NCBI GenBank assembly: GCA_902626605.1
Contig: CACOFZ010000006.1
Coordinates: forward strand, 2,809-66,808
From: an uncultured PS1 clade bacterium
GTDB lineage: Bacteria; Pseudomonadota; Alphaproteobacteria; MED-G09
Length of the DNA: 64,000 bases
Direction: 5' to 3'
The first letter of the stretch is position 1. Each line of letters opens with the position of its first letter. Shown one piece after another: positions 1 through 11,353 of the stretch. The notes beneath the pieces were generated by a model. That model had not been told where the DNA came from. It ran no database searches and saw only the letters and a list, made by a program, of their open reading frames with translations. A program made the translations under genes and the position numbers.

Positions 1-2270
1 CGACCAGGGTTTGCTCTTTTCTCTTCAATTAGATCAACAGCTCTATTTAATCCTATTGTAAATAATTCATCAACATTTTGAAGATTAGCATAAACACCTT
101 CATGTAATAGATAAGGGCCATAAGGACCAATTGCCCCTGTTATTTCCTTGCTGTCATTAGGATGAATACCAATAATCTTTGGTAAAGAGAGTAAATCAAT
201 GGCTTTCTCGATGGTTATGTCTGAAGGATCTATAGTTTTTGGAATAGAAGACCTTTTGGGTTTTTGATCTTTATTTTCATTAAGACCAATTTGAACATAG
301 GGTCCGTATCTACCAATTAAAAGATGAATATCTTCTCCGCTAGATGGATCTTTACCGAGAATTTTTTCTTCAACATTTTTCTCAGATGTACCAAAAGATC
401 TAGTATACTTGCAATCAGGATATTCAGAGCAACCAACAAAAGCACCATTTCTACTTGTTTTTAAGCTAAGCTCTCCTTCACTACATTTTGGACACTGTCT
501 ATTAACTTCGCCATTTTCATCTTTAAAAATGTGGCTACCAATACTCTCATTAAGTTTATCTAAAATTTCTCTAGTTCTTAGCTCTAGGGCAGAATCTGCG
601 CATACACTAAATTCATTCCAAAAATTATTCAAAAAATCTTTCCAATTAATCTCACCATTGGAGACCTTATCAAGGTTTTTTTCTAAGTCAGCTGTAAAGT
701 TATAGCTGACATATTGTGTAAAGAAATTTTCAAGAAAAGAAGATAATAATCTACCTTTTGCCTCTGGTTTAAAATATCTATTTTCAAGAGTTACATATTG
801 TCTATCTTGAAGAACAGATATAATTGATGCGTAAGTAGAGGGTCTTCCTATACCTTTTTCTTCTAATGATTTTACTAATGTTGCTTCGGAATACCTTGGA
901 GGCGCTTTTGTAAAATGTTGATTTGTTTCGGTATTAATTAACTTTAGAAATTGACCTTTTTCAAGTTTTGGAAGCTCTTGATTATCTTGAGGTTTATCTT
1001 CTTTTCTACCTTCTTCATATAAAGTTCTATATCCATCAAAAATAGTGACTGTTCCAGATACTCTAAGGTAAATATCTTTTTCATTATTTGAAATGTTAAT
1101 TGTAGTTCTTAATCCTCTCCAATTCTCCATTTGACTGGCTATAGTTCTTTTCCAGATCAACCCATAGAGGTCTTTTTCTTCTTTAGAAAATTCAGACCCA
1201 ATTTTTTCAGGAGACATACTGGCATCTGTTGGACGAATTGCTTCATGAGCCTCTTGAGCATTTGTTATCTTACTCTTGTATTCATTTAATTTTGAGGGCA
1301 GGTATTGATCACCGTATATTTTATTTATTGATGACCTTATTTCATTAATACCTTCTTCACCAATTTGAACACCGTCAGTTCTCATGTATGTTATTAAACC
1401 ATTTTGATATAATCTTTGAGCAACTTGCATTGTATTTTTTGCTGACATTCCAAGTTTTCTAGATGCCTCCATTTGCATGGATGAGGTTATAAACGGTGGT
1501 GAGGGTTTTCTGGAAACTTCTTTTTCATCAATTTCATCAACAGCAAAATTAGAAGATCCTAATATCATTTTAATTTTTTCTGCTTCATCAGAATTTTTAA
1601 TGTCAAATTGATCAAGTTTTTTACTATTAAAATGAGTTAAAGAAGCTTTAAAAGTAGGATTATCTTCAAAAGTTAAAAAAGAATTGATTGACCAATATTC
1701 TTTTGGGATAAAAGACTCTATTTCTATTTCTCTCTCACATAATAATCTTAATGCAACTGACTGAACTCTTCCAGCAGATCTTGCACCAGGTAATTTTCTC
1801 CACAAAACAGGTGATAAAGTAAAGCCTACTAAATAATCTAATGCTCTTCTTGCTAAATAAGCATCTATTAATTCTGTATCAAGTTCTCTTGGATTTTCTA
1901 TGGCTTCTGTGACAGTTTTTTTTGTTATTGCATTAAATGTAACTCGAGAAACCTCTTTGTCTTTAAGACCGCCTTTTTCATTTAAAGCTTGAAGAACATG
2001 CCAGGCAATTGCTTCACCTTCACGATCAGGGTCAGTTGCAAGAATCAATGAGTTGGCACTTTTGAGGGCATCCTGAATAATTTTTGTTTGTTTTTTTCCT
2101 TTAGAGTCCATTTCCCATGACATTTCAAAGTTATTGTCTGGTTTCACTGAACCCTCAGAAGAGGGAAGATCCCTTATATGGCCAAATGATGCTATTACCT
2201 TGTAACTTGAGCCAAGATAGCCTTCAATTGTTTTTGCCTTTGCTGGGGATTCAACAATAACTACATGCAT
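1..2270 (-). CDS. topA: DNA topoisomerase I, partial (C-terminus runs off the window start). The reverse strand translates from an ATG at 2268-2270 as MHVVIVESPAKAKTIEGYLG...
   Basis: Toprim N-terminus, then topo IA core, then C-terminal Cys4 zinc ribbons (CPKC...CSEYPDCKYT) read directly from the reverse-strand translation. No stop codon in the window, so it is absent from the ORF track. Confidence 0.9.
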   Translation of the reverse strand, partial: MHVVIVESPAKAKTIEGYLGSSYKVIASFGHIRDLPSSEGSVKPDNNFEMSWEMDSKGKKQTKIIQDALKSANSLILATDPDREGEAIAWHVLQALNEKGGLKDKEVSRVTFNAITKKTVTEAIENPRELDTELIDAYLARRALDYLVGFTLSPVLWRKLPGARSAGRVQSVALRLLCEREIEIESFIPKEYWSINSFLTFEDNPTFKASLTHFNSKKLDQFDIKNSDEAEKIKMILGSSNFAVDEIDEKEVSRKPSPPFITSSMQMEASRKLGMSAKNTMQVAQRLYQNGLITYMRTDGVQIGEEGINEIRSSINKIYGDQYLPSKLNEYKSKITNAQEAHEAIRPTDASMSPEKIGSEFSKEEKDLYGLIWKRTIASQMENWRGLRTTINISNNEKDIYLRVSGTVTIFDGYRTLYEEGRKEDKPQDNQELPKLEKGQFLKLINTETNQHFTKAPPRYSEATLVKSLEEKGIGRPSTYASIISVLQDRQYVTLENRYFKPEAKGRLLSSFLENFFTQYVSYNFTADLEKNLDKVSNGEINWKDFLNNFWNEFSVCADSALELRTREILDKLNESIGSHIFKDENGEVNRQCPKCSEGELSLKTSRNGAFVGCSEYPDCKYTRSFGTSEKNVEEKILGKDPSSGEDIHLLIGRYGPYVQIGLNENKDQKPKRSSIPKTIDPSDITIEKAIDLLSLPKIIGIHPNDSKEITGAIGPYGPYLLHEGVYANLQNVDELFTIGLNRAVDLIEEKRANPG

Positions 2271-2363
2271 TTATAAACTCCCTAATTGAAAAAAAATCAA
2301 TTTCAGTAATTCAATTAGTCAAAATTAACATCATAATTCAAGATTTTTTTTATTTAAAAGTTA

Positions 2364-2960
2364 TTAAATATTAATTTTTGGTTCACTTCCGTTGATAATT
2401 CTCTTTATATTTTCTCTGTGCCTATAAAACGAAATAGAAGTTAAAATTAAAAAAAGCAATGAAATTAATTTATTATCTAAAATAAAAAGGGAAATAAAAG
2501 GAATTAAAAAAATTGATGTCAAAGAGGATATCGATGAAGTTTTTGAAATTAATGCAGTAATTATCCATATTATTAAGAATATAAAACCTAAAATTAAAGA
2601 TATGGCAAAACTAATACCTAAATATGTAGCTATTCCTTTACCACCATTAAATCTAAGCCATATAGGATAACTATGACCTATAAATGAAGAGAAACCGGCT
2701 AAAACTAATGAAAAAGTTGAGTTATAAAAAATTAGGATTGGTAAAATACCCTTTAATACGTCAAGCAGCAAAGTTATGAGCGCTAGTTTTTTTGATCCGG
2801 ACCTTAAAACATTTGTTGCACCAATATTACCTGAACCCTCTTTTGTAATATCAACTTTACCAAAATATTTACTTAAAATATATCCATTTGGAATTGAACC
2901 AATAAGATAACTTATCAAAATAATTAAAAAATTTAAAAATATAAGGTTTAAAATTGTCAT
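2364..2960 (-). CDS. plsY: Glycerol-3-phosphate acyltransferase PlsY
   Basis: GSGNIGATNVLRSGSKK motif in a multi-TM protein. The track ORF extends to 3053, but the internal Met at 2960 (MTILNLIF...) matches the usual PlsY N-terminus and avoids a 60-nt overlap with pyrB. Confidence 0.8.
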   Translation of the reverse strand: MTILNLIFLNFLIILISYLIGSIPNGYILSKYFGKVDITKEGSGNIGATNVLRSGSKKLALITLLLDVLKGILPILIFYNSTFSLVLAGFSSFIGHSYPIWLRFNGGKGIATYLGISFAISLILGFIFLIIWIITALISKTSSISSLTSIFLIPFISLFILDNKLISLLFLILTSISFYRHRENIKRIINGSEPKINI

Positions 2961-2992
2961 TTTAATATATAAGTAATCTGAAAGGGAAAAAC

Positions 2993-3850
2993 GTGCAACA
3001 TCTTCTGTCAGTAGACGATATGAAAGAAAATTATATATTTGATCTATGGTCAAAAGCTATCGATCAAAAAGATAACTATTCAAATGCTTTAAAAAATAAA
3101 ATTTTAACCAATTTATTTTACGAACCATCAACAAGAACTTCATCATCTTTTTATAGTGCAATGGTTAGGCAAGGTGGATCAGTCATACCTATTAACAATG
3201 TAAAATTTTCTAGTGCAATTAAGGGCGAAAGTCTTGAGGATACAGTTATGACAATGGCTACGATGAGTGATTGCATAGTTTTAAGACACCCTGTAACAGG
3301 CTCTGTTGCTAAAGCAGCAAATGTTAGTAAAGTTCCAATAATAAATGCAGGTGATGGTGAGGGGGAACACCCTACGCAAACTCTACTAGATGGATTTACT
3401 ATTTTTTATAATAATAACGAAAAAATTGATAATTTAAGAATTACTATGATCGGTGATTTAAGAAATGGAAGAACAGTAAAAAGCCTTGTAAAATTATTAT
3501 CAAGGTATTCTGGAAATCATTTTAATTTTGTAAGCCCAAAAGAATTGTCTTTTCCAAAAGAGTCTTTACCAAAAAATGCATTTGAAACCACTAAAATTAA
3601 CAATGTTATTAGTGAAACAGATGTGTTGTATGTCACTAGAGTTCAAACAGAAAGAGGAAGTGATCATAAATATTCTCTATCTTTAGAACAATTAAATTTA
3701 CTTCCAAAAAAATCAATAGTTATGCACCCTTTACCGAGAGTTTCAGAAATTCCTAGAGAGTTTGATAACGACCCTAGGGCGAAATATTTTGATCAAATGC
3801 GTTATGGATTGTGGTGTAGAATGGTCCTTCTCAAGGATATTATTGCTTAA
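2993..3850 (+). CDS. pyrB: Aspartate carbamoyltransferase catalytic subunit
   Basis: STRTSSSF (STRTR-like carbamoyl-phosphate site), HPTQTLLD and HPLPRV motifs; 285 aa. Confidence 0.85.
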   Translation: MQHLLSVDDMKENYIFDLWSKAIDQKDNYSNALKNKILTNLFYEPSTRTSSSFYSAMVRQGGSVIPINNVKFSSAIKGESLEDTVMTMATMSDCIVLRHPVTGSVAKAANVSKVPIINAGDGEGEHPTQTLLDGFTIFYNNNEKIDNLRITMIGDLRNGRTVKSLVKLLSRYSGNHFNFVSPKELSFPKESLPKNAFETTKINNVISETDVLYVTRVQTERGSDHKYSLSLEQLNLLPKKSIVMHPLPRVSEIPREFDNDPRAKYFDQMRYGLWCRMVLLKDIIA

Positions 3851-4322
3851 CATTAAGGTAGTCTAAAAAATTTTGTAAAATTATTGAAGCAGCAATTTTA
3901 TCAATTATTTGCTGTCTTTTCTTTCTTGATAAATCAGCCTCCAACAGAGATCTTTCTGCAGAAACTGTAGAGAGTCTCTCATCCCATAATATTATTGGCA
4001 AATCTAATTCTTTTGATAAATTTTTTATAAAAGATCTACTTGATTGTGATTTTGGGCCAATTGATCCATCCATATTAATTGGATCTCCAACTATAATTGC
4101 ACAAATATCTCTTTCATCAATAATTGTTTTTAAAATAATCAAAATATCAGAAAATTTTTTATTTTCATAAACTTTAAAAGGTGACGCAATTTTTTGATTT
4201 ATGTCAGAAATTGCTATGCCTGTTCTTTTTTTTCCTAAATCAATTCCTATAATTGATTTTTTGAGTGATATTATTTCTCGAAATTGTTTTGAATCATTAA
4301 TCATCATGTTTATAAGTATCAA
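3840..4322 (-). CDS. ruvX: RuvX/YqgF Holliday-junction resolvase-like pre-16S rRNA nuclease
   Basis: IIGIDLGKKRTGIAISD RNase-H-fold N-terminus; about 150-160 aa. Exact start is uncertain (several N-terminal Met). Confidence 0.8.
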   Translation of the reverse strand: MILINMMINDSKQFREIISLKKSIIGIDLGKKRTGIAISDINQKIASPFKVYENKKFSDILIILKTIIDERDICAIIVGDPINMDGSIGPKSQSSRSFIKNLSKELDLPIILWDERLSTVSAERSLLEADLSRKKRQQIIDKIAASIILQNFLDYLNVKQ

Positions 4323-4382
4323 TTGTTAGTGTTGCGATGCAAGTAAGACTTTGCTATTTGTGAATTTAATTAAGGAGAAACT

Positions 4383-4676
4383 ATGTCTGTAGATAAAGAT
4401 AATGTCGTAAAAATAGCCAATCTATCAAAAATTTCCTTTAAAGATCATGAGATTGAAAAAATTCTAGTTGATTTAAATCAAATTATTGAATGGGTAGATC
4501 AGCTTGCAGAAGTAGATACAGATAAAATATCACCAACTTTTTCATCTTTTGAAGATGATAAAGGTATGAAAAAAAGGGAAGATATTGTGAGTGACGGTGA
4601 TTACAGAGAAGATATAACAATTAACGCTCCTAATTCAGAGGAAGGGTTTTTTCTTGTACCAAAGGTTATAGATTAA
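4383..4676 (+). CDS. gatC: Asp/Glu-tRNA amidotransferase subunit C
   Basis: 97 aa. Immediately precedes gatA, with a TAATG stop/start overlap. Confidence 0.8.
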   Translation: MSVDKDNVVKIANLSKISFKDHEIEKILVDLNQIIEWVDQLAEVDTDKISPTFSSFEDDKGMKKREDIVSDGDYREDITINAPNSEEGFFLVPKVID

Positions 4677-6154
4677 TGAAAAAATTAACGGAATTATGTC
4701 TTTATGAGGCAAGAGAGGGTCTTTTAAATAAAGATTTTACCTCTAAGGAACTTGTCTTAGATCATATAGATAAAATGGAGTCATCAAGATCTTTAAATGC
4801 TTTTATAACGGAAACTCCTGAAATTGCCATTAAATCAGCCGAAAAGTCCGATCTAAAATTAATTAAAGAAGAAAACGGTGAACTTGAAGGAATTCCAATA
4901 GGCGTTAAAGATATGTTTTGCACTAAAGGTGTATTGACCACTGCCTCAAGTAAAATGCTCTCAAATTTTATTCCACCATATGAGTCTACAGTTACGGGAA
5001 ACTTATGGAGTGAGGGTGCTGTATTATTAGGCAAACTTAATAATGACGAATTTGCCATGGGTTCTTCCAATGAAACAAGTTTTTACGGGCCTGTTATTAA
5101 CCCCTGGAAAGGCAGTAATGATAAAATTGATCTTGTTCCGGGGGGATCTTCAGGAGGATCTTCAGCGTCAGTAGCTGCAAATATTGGATTAGGTGCTCTT
5201 GGAACAGATACAGGCGGATCAATACGGCAACCAGCTTCTTTTACAGGAACTGTTGGACTAAAACCAACCTATGGTAGATGCTCTAGGTGGGGAATTATTG
5301 CTTTTGCTTCATCACTAGATCAAGCAGGACCCATAACAAGAAATGTCAGAGATAATTCTATTTTGTTAAAAAGTATGTGCAGTCACGATACTAAGGATAC
5401 TACAAGCTCATCAAAAGAAATACCTAATTTTGAAAACGCTGTTGGTAGAAGCATTAAAGGTTTAAAGGTGGGAATTCCAAGTGAGTTTTTTCTTAAAGGT
5501 ATGTCAAATGAGATTATGGAAATTTGGGATAAAGGTAAAGATTGGCTAAAAAATTCAGGAGCAGAAATTATTGATATCTCTTTACCGAATACAAAATATG
5601 CTCTTCCTTGTTATTACATTATTGCACCCGCTGAAGCATCTTCAAATTTAGCTAGATATGATGGAGTCAGATTTGGTCATTCTGTTAAGTCCTCTGATAT
5701 TAACGAAATGTATAAAGCAACTAGATCAGAGGGTTTTGGAGATGAGGTAAAGAGAAGAATTATGATAGGAACCTATGTATTATCATCAGGTTATTATGAT
5801 GCCTATTATTTAAAAGCACAAAAAGTTCGATCATTAATTACTGAAGATTATAGTAAGGTATTTAAGGATGTTGATGTTATATTAACACCATCAACACCAA
5901 GTTCAGCATTTGGTTTAAATGAAAAATCTGATGATCCTATATCAATGTATTTAAATGATATTTTTACAGTACCAGTCAATTTAGCAGGCTTACCAGCTAT
6001 TTCTGTGCCCGCAGCACATGACTCGAATGGTTTGCCTCTCGGTCTTCAGTTAATAGGAAGACCTTTTGAAGAAGAGACCATTTATTCGTTTGCAAAAATA
6101 ATTGAAGACTGTGCAAATTTTAAAAATATTGAAAATCAATGGTGGTTAAAATGA
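4676..6154 (+). CDS. gatA: Glutamyl-tRNA(Gln)/Asp-tRNA(Asn) amidotransferase subunit A
   Basis: Amidase signature [14 protein letters not shown]-rich stretch and catalytic Ser-cisSer-Lys region; 492 aa. Confidence 0.9.
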   Translation: MKKLTELCLYEAREGLLNKDFTSKELVLDHIDKMESSRSLNAFITETPEIAIKSAEKSDLKLIKEENGELEGIPIGVKDMFCTKGVLTTASSKMLSNFIPPYESTVTGNLWSEGAVLLGKLNNDEFAMGSSNETSFYGPVINPWKGSNDKIDLVPGGSSGGSSASVAANIGLGALGTDTGGSIRQPASFTGTVGLKPTYGRCSRWGIIAFASSLDQAGPITRNVRDNSILLKSMCSHDTKDTTSSSKEIPNFENAVGRSIKGLKVGIPSEFFLKGMSNEIMEIWDKGKDWLKNSGAEIIDISLPNTKYALPCYYIIAPAEASSNLARYDGVRFGHSVKSSDINEMYKATRSEGFGDEVKRRIMIGTYVLSSGYYDAYYLKAQKVRSLITEDYSKVFKDVDVILTPSTPSSAFGLNEKSDDPISMYLNDIFTVPVNLAGLPAISVPAAHDSNGLPLGLQLIGRPFEEETIYSFAKIIEDCANFKNIENQWWLK

Positions 6155-7608
6155 ATAACTTAATTGAGGGAAAAACTGGTGATTGGGAACTTGTAATTGG
6201 CATTGAAGTACATGCTCAAATAATCTCAAATTCAAAACTTTTTTCTGGTTCCTCAACTTCATTTGGTTCTGATCATAATACCCAAGTTAGCTTTATTGAT
6301 GCAGGAATGCCTGGAATGCTTCCGGTGATTAATTCGGTTTGTGTTGAGCAGGCAATAAAAACGGGATTAGGTTTGAACGCAAAAATTAATAATTTTTCTA
6401 TATTTGATAGAAAAAATTATTTCTATCCTGACCTACCGCAGGGATATCAAATATCGCAATTTGAACAACCTATTGTAGGAAATGGAATGATAACGATTGA
6501 TTTAGACAATGGTGAGTCAAAAAATATTGGGATTGAGAGACTACATTTAGAACAAGATGCTGGAAAATCTCTTCATGATCAACATCCAAGTTATTCTTTT
6601 GTAGATTTAAATAGATCTGGTGTTGCTTTGATGGAAATAGTATCAATGCCAGATATGCGTTCACCAGAGGAAGCACAGGCATACGTAAAAAAATTAAGAA
6701 ATATTATGAAATATTTACAAACTTGTGATGGCAATATGGAAGAGGGCTCTTTGAGGGCTGACATAAACGTTTCAGTTAGAAAGCCTGGAGACGATCTTGG
6801 AACAAGATGTGAAATAAAAAATGTTAACTCAATTAAGTTTATTGGGCAAGCTATTGTTTATGAAGCAAAAAGGCAAATAGATATAATTGAAAAAGGAAGT
6901 TTAGTTGAGCAACAAACCCGACTTTTTGATCCAAAAAAAGGTCAAACAAGATCAATGAGAAGTAAGGAAGAATCTCATGATTACAGATATTTTCCTGACC
7001 CTGATCTATTACCATTAACATTTACAGATGATTTTGTTAAAGAAATAGAGAAAACATTACCCGAACTACCTGACGTTAGAAGAAAAAGGTTTATTGAAGA
7101 ATATGGTCTGTCTTCCTACGATTCTAATATTCTAGTTTCAGAAAAAGAAACCGCCGATTATTTTGAAGAAGCAATAAAAAATAGCAATCCAAAACTTGTT
7201 TGTAACTGGATAATAGGTGAATTATTCTCTGTTTTAAATAAAATGAACAAATCAATTGAAAATTGCCCTATTAGAGCAAAAGACTTAGGAGAATTGATCA
7301 ACCTAATTGATAATGAGACTATAACTGGTAGGATTGCAAAAGATGTTTTTGAGATAATGCTTGATACAGGAAATGATCCCATTTCTATAGTGGAGTCAAA
7401 TAATATGAAGCAAGTTAACAATTCTAGTGAAATTGAGGCAATAATTGATAAAATTATAGAAAATAATCCTGATCAAGTTAATGCGTTATCAGAAAAACCT
7501 AATTTAATAGGTTGGTTCGTAGGACAAACAATGAAAGAGACAGGAGGAAAAGCAAATCCTAAAACCGTTAATGAAATTTTAAATAAAAAACTCTTAAATA
7601 AAGGTTAA
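6151..7608 (+). CDS. gatB: Asp/Glu-tRNA amidotransferase subunit B
   Basis: GatB/YqeY architecture. The start is most likely the ATG at 6151 (ATGA overlap with the gatA stop), not the track start at 6139. Confidence 0.85.
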   Translation: MNNLIEGKTGDWELVIGIEVHAQIISNSKLFSGSSTSFGSDHNTQVSFIDAGMPGMLPVINSVCVEQAIKTGLGLNAKINNFSIFDRKNYFYPDLPQGYQISQFEQPIVGNGMITIDLDNGESKNIGIERLHLEQDAGKSLHDQHPSYSFVDLNRSGVALMEIVSMPDMRSPEEAQAYVKKLRNIMKYLQTCDGNMEEGSLRADINVSVRKPGDDLGTRCEIKNVNSIKFIGQAIVYEAKRQIDIIEKGSLVEQQTRLFDPKKGQTRSMRSKEESHDYRYFPDPDLLPLTFTDDFVKEIEKTLPELPDVRRKRFIEEYGLSSYDSNILVSEKETADYFEEAIKNSNPKLVCNWIIGELFSVLNKMNKSIENCPIRAKDLGELINLIDNETITGRIAKDVFEIMLDTGNDPISIVESNNMKQVNNSSEIEAIIDKIIENNPDQVNALSEKPNLIGWFVGQTMKETGGKANPKTVNEILNKKLLNKG

Positions 7609-7611
7609 AAA

Positions 7612-8328
7612 ATGAAAAAACAAAAAAAACCAATTGAACTTTACTATTGGCCAACACCAAATGGATGGAAAATTTCAATAATGTTGGAAGAGTGCAAAAT
7701 CCCTTATATTTTGAAGCCTGTTAATATTGGAAAAGGGGATCAATTTAAAGCTAAATTTTTGAAGATTTCGCCAAATAATAGAATGCCAGCAATTATTGAT
7801 CCTGAGGGACCAGGGGGTAAACCAATTTCTGTATTTGAGTCAGGCGCAATTTTACAATATTTAGGTCGAAAAACTGGAAAATTTTATCCAAAAAATGAGA
7901 GGGATAGAGTAAAAGTTGATGAATGGATTTATTGGCAAATGTGTGGTCTGGGACCTATGGCAGGTCAAGCTCATCACTTTAGACAATATGCTCCAAAAAA
8001 AATAAACTATGCAATAAAAAGATATACTGATGAAGTGAATAGACTTTACGGAGTTATGAATAAGCAATTAAAAAGAAATGAATATCTTGCTGGAAGATAT
8101 TCAATTGCTGATATGGCATGTTGGGGTTGGATAAAGCCTTGGAAAAATCAGGGTCAAAAGATATCTGAATTTCCATATTTAGAAAAATGGTTGGAAAAAA
8201 TTTCCGAGAGACCAGCTGTTATTAGAGGCTTTGGAGTTGGAAAAGATTTAAGAAAACAATCTTTAGCTGATAACACTAAAGAAGCAAGAAAAGCTAAATC
8301 TATACTTTTTAATCAAAGAGCAAGGTAA
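7612..8328 (+). CDS. Glutathione S-transferase, Nu-class (YfcG/YghU-like)
   Basis: N-terminal thioredoxin-like YYWPTPNGWKISIMLEE motif plus a C-terminal GST alpha-helical domain. Confidence 0.7.
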   Translation: MKKQKKPIELYYWPTPNGWKISIMLEECKIPYILKPVNIGKGDQFKAKFLKISPNNRMPAIIDPEGPGGKPISVFESGAILQYLGRKTGKFYPKNERDRVKVDEWIYWQMCGLGPMAGQAHHFRQYAPKKINYAIKRYTDEVNRLYGVMNKQLKRNEYLAGRYSIADMACWGWIKPWKNQGQKISEFPYLEKWLEKISERPAVIRGFGVGKDLRKQSLADNTKEARKAKSILFNQRAR

Positions 8329-8332
8329 GGTA

Positions 8333-9202
8333 ATGAATAAAAGATTAGATGAATTAATTGATTTATTAGATATTGAAAGAATTGAAGTAAATCTTTTCAG
8401 AGGTCGTAGCCCTTCCGATAGATGGCAGAGAGTTTTTGGTGGACAGGTTATTGGTCAGGCGCTTGTTGCAGCAAGTAGAACAGTTGAAAATAGAGTCTGT
8501 CATTCTTTACATGCGTATTTTCTTAGAGCAGGTGATCCAAAAGTTCCAATTTTATATGAAGTAGATAGGGCAAGAGATGGAAGGTCATTTACATCAAGGA
8601 GAGTAGTAGCTGTTCAACACGGTAAAAAAATTTTTAATTTATCAGCCTCGTTCCAGATAGAAGAAGAGGGTTTAAATCATCAAGATCCAATGCCTGATGT
8701 TTCAAATTATAGTGATCTACCATCTGAACATGATTTGAGAAAAAAAATAATTGAAAATGTTCCAGAAGAATATAAAGCTTCTTTTAATAAAGAGTGGCCA
8801 GTAGAGGTTAGACCAATTGAGCCAGTAGATTTAATGAATCCTCAGCCGAAAGTTCCTCAAAATTTATTGTGGTTTAGGGCAAAATCCTCCCTGCCAGATA
8901 AAGTTTCATTACATCAATGTGTTCTTGCTTACATGTCAGATATGTCTTTATTGGATACTTGTACAAATCCTCATGGTATAAATTTTATGAGCCCAAATTT
9001 ACAATCAGCAAGTTTAGATCATGCTATGTGGTTTCATAGGCCTTTTAGGGCAGATGAATGGCTTTTGTACAGTCAAGATAGTCCATCAGCCTCAGGAGCA
9101 AGGGGTTTCAATAGAGGAAGCGTTTTTGATACTTCAGGAAATTTAGTAGCTTCTGTTGCTCAAGAGGGTTTAATAAGGGTAGTTAATAAAAAAACTTCCT
9201 AA
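8333..9202 (+). CDS. tesB: Acyl-CoA thioesterase II
   Basis: Double hot-dog TesB pattern (LLDLLDIERIE..., RVFGGQVIGQAL); 289 aa. Confidence 0.8.
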   Translation: MNKRLDELIDLLDIERIEVNLFRGRSPSDRWQRVFGGQVIGQALVAASRTVENRVCHSLHAYFLRAGDPKVPILYEVDRARDGRSFTSRRVVAVQHGKKIFNLSASFQIEEEGLNHQDPMPDVSNYSDLPSEHDLRKKIIENVPEEYKASFNKEWPVEVRPIEPVDLMNPQPKVPQNLLWFRAKSSLPDKVSLHQCVLAYMSDMSLLDTCTNPHGINFMSPNLQSASLDHAMWFHRPFRADEWLLYSQDSPSASGARGFNRGSVFDTSGNLVASVAQEGLIRVVNKKTS

Positions 9203-9208
9203 TTTTAA

Positions 9209-11344
9209 CTATTTAATTTCGAGTATATTTAATAATTCAGCTGCTGCATCTACAATATTTGTTCCAGTGGCAAAAATAGCTGAGGCGCCAGAGTCTAAAA
9301 GAGCACTAAAATCATCTTTTGGTATTACTCCACCTACTACTATATGAATATTTCCTAAGCCTCTTATATTTAATTCATCCTTTAGCTGAGGAACTAAAGT
9401 TAAATGACCTGCAGCCAAAGATGATGCTGCAACAATATCAGACTTTGTTTTTAAGACTAATTCAGCAACTTCAGATGGTGTTTGAAATAAAGACCCCACC
9501 TCAATATCAAAACCCATATCAACGAGAGCGCTAGCTACGACCTTTTGACCTCTATCGTGGCCATCTTGTCCAAGTTTTGCAATAAATACTTTTGGTTTTC
9601 TATGTTCTTTGGCCTCAAAATCTTTTGTTCTTTTTCTAATATAATCAATTTTTTCCGAAGAAAAATTATTTGCATATGTATTTTTTATAAGAGTTACGTC
9701 AGCTTTATGTCTATCCCAAACTTCTTCCATTGCATCAGAAATTTCTCCAACAGTGGCTCCAACTCTTGCAGCATTTACTGCAAGCTCTAAAACATTTTTA
9801 TTTTTTTTAATTCCATATCTAATTTTCTCTAATTTATCCTTAACTTCATCATTATTTCTTTCAGATTTTAATTTTTTTAATCTTTCAATTTGATTAGCAA
9901 GGACTTGAGAATTATCAACTTTTTTAATATCAATTTTTTCTTCCTCGTTTTCTGAAAGTGTAAATTTATTTACACCAACTACAGTTTTTTCACTTGAGTC
10001 AATCCTTGCTTGAACCTTTGTTGCTGATTCTTCAATTCTCATTTTTGGTATATTTTTTTCAATAGCTTCAGTCATTCCGCCATACTGATTAATTTCATCA
10101 ATGTGACCGAGAGCTTTTTCTGCAAGATCAGAGGTAAGTTTTTCAATAAAAAATGATCCTCCCCATGGATCAATTACATCACATGTTCCAGTTTCTTTCT
10201 GAATGAATAATTGAGTATTTCTTGCAATCCTTGCAGAAAAATCAGTCGGTAGAGCAATAGCCTCATCAAAACTATTTGTGTGCAAGGATTGAGTATGACC
10301 ATGTGTTGCCGCGAGAGCCTCAATACATGTTCTTGTAATATTATTTAGAGGATCTTGAGCAGTTAAAGACCAACCAGATGTTTGACAGTGGGTTCTTAAA
10401 GCAAGAGATCTTTGATCCTTTGGTTCAAATTCTCTAACCAAATTAGCCCAAATTAATCGACCCGCTCTCATCTTTGCAATTTCCATAAAATAATCCATAC
10501 CGATTGCCCAGAAAAATGATAGCCTTGGGGCAAAGGCATCGATATCTAATCCAGCATTAATCCCAGCCTTTATATACTCAAGTCCGTCAGCAATTGTATA
10601 TGCTAATTCTAAATCTGCTGAAGCACCTGCCTCTTGCATATGATATCCAGATATTGAAATTGAGTTAAATTTTGGCATATTCTCTGCTGTATATCTAAAT
10701 ATATCTGAAATTATACGCATTGATGGTTTTGGAGGGTATATATAGGTATTTCTTACCATAAACTCCTTTAAAATATCATTTTGAATAGTACCTTTTAACT
10801 GATCGGTTGAAACACCCTGTTCCTCAGCAGCAACAATGTATAAAGCCATAATTGGAATTACAGCGCCATTCATAGTCATCGAAACAGACATTTTATCTAG
10901 AGGAATGTCCTTAAAAAGAACTCTCATATCAAGAATAGAGTCTATTGCAACACCAGCCATTCCTACATCACCAGCAACCCTTGGATTGTCAGAATCATAA
11001 CCCCTGTGGGTAGCTAGGTCAAAGGCAATTGATAAACCCATTTGTCCGTTTTCAAGATTTTTTTTATAAAAAGCATTTGACTCTTCTGCCGTAGAAAATC
11101 CAGCATATTGTCTAATAGTCCAAGGTTTATTTGTATACATTGTTGGGTAAGGACCTCTAACAAAAGGATCTATCCCGGGCAAGGATTCCGTATGCTTAAG
11201 ATTTTTAATATCATTTTTTGTATAAAATGATTTTAATTGTATACCTTCAGGTGTTTCATATACATTAGAATTATCATCTAAATCATTGTTATTTAATATA
11301 TTAAGATCTAAATCTATATTCTCTAATGATTTAAAATTACTCAT
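9209..11344 (-). CDS. mutB: Methylmalonyl-CoA mutase large (alpha) subunit, B12-dependent
   Basis: Substrate-binding TIM-barrel region (RGPYPTMY, TIRQYAGF) plus a C-terminal cobalamin-binding domain with the DxHxxG-type motif GQDGHDRG; 711 aa. Confidence 0.85.
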   Translation of the reverse strand: MSNFKSLENIDLDLNILNNNDLDDNSNVYETPEGIQLKSFYTKNDIKNLKHTESLPGIDPFVRGPYPTMYTNKPWTIRQYAGFSTAEESNAFYKKNLENGQMGLSIAFDLATHRGYDSDNPRVAGDVGMAGVAIDSILDMRVLFKDIPLDKMSVSMTMNGAVIPIMALYIVAAEEQGVSTDQLKGTIQNDILKEFMVRNTYIYPPKPSMRIISDIFRYTAENMPKFNSISISGYHMQEAGASADLELAYTIADGLEYIKAGINAGLDIDAFAPRLSFFWAIGMDYFMEIAKMRAGRLIWANLVREFEPKDQRSLALRTHCQTSGWSLTAQDPLNNITRTCIEALAATHGHTQSLHTNSFDEAIALPTDFSARIARNTQLFIQKETGTCDVIDPWGGSFFIEKLTSDLAEKALGHIDEINQYGGMTEAIEKNIPKMRIEESATKVQARIDSSEKTVVGVNKFTLSENEEEKIDIKKVDNSQVLANQIERLKKLKSERNNDEVKDKLEKIRYGIKKNKNVLELAVNAARVGATVGEISDAMEEVWDRHKADVTLIKNTYANNFSSEKIDYIRKRTKDFEAKEHRKPKVFIAKLGQDGHDRGQKVVASALVDMGFDIEVGSLFQTPSEVAELVLKTKSDIVAASSLAAGHLTLVPQLKDELNIRGLGNIHIVVGGVIPKDDFSALLDSGASAIFATGTNIVDAAAELLNILEIK

Positions 11345-11353
11345 AAAAATTTC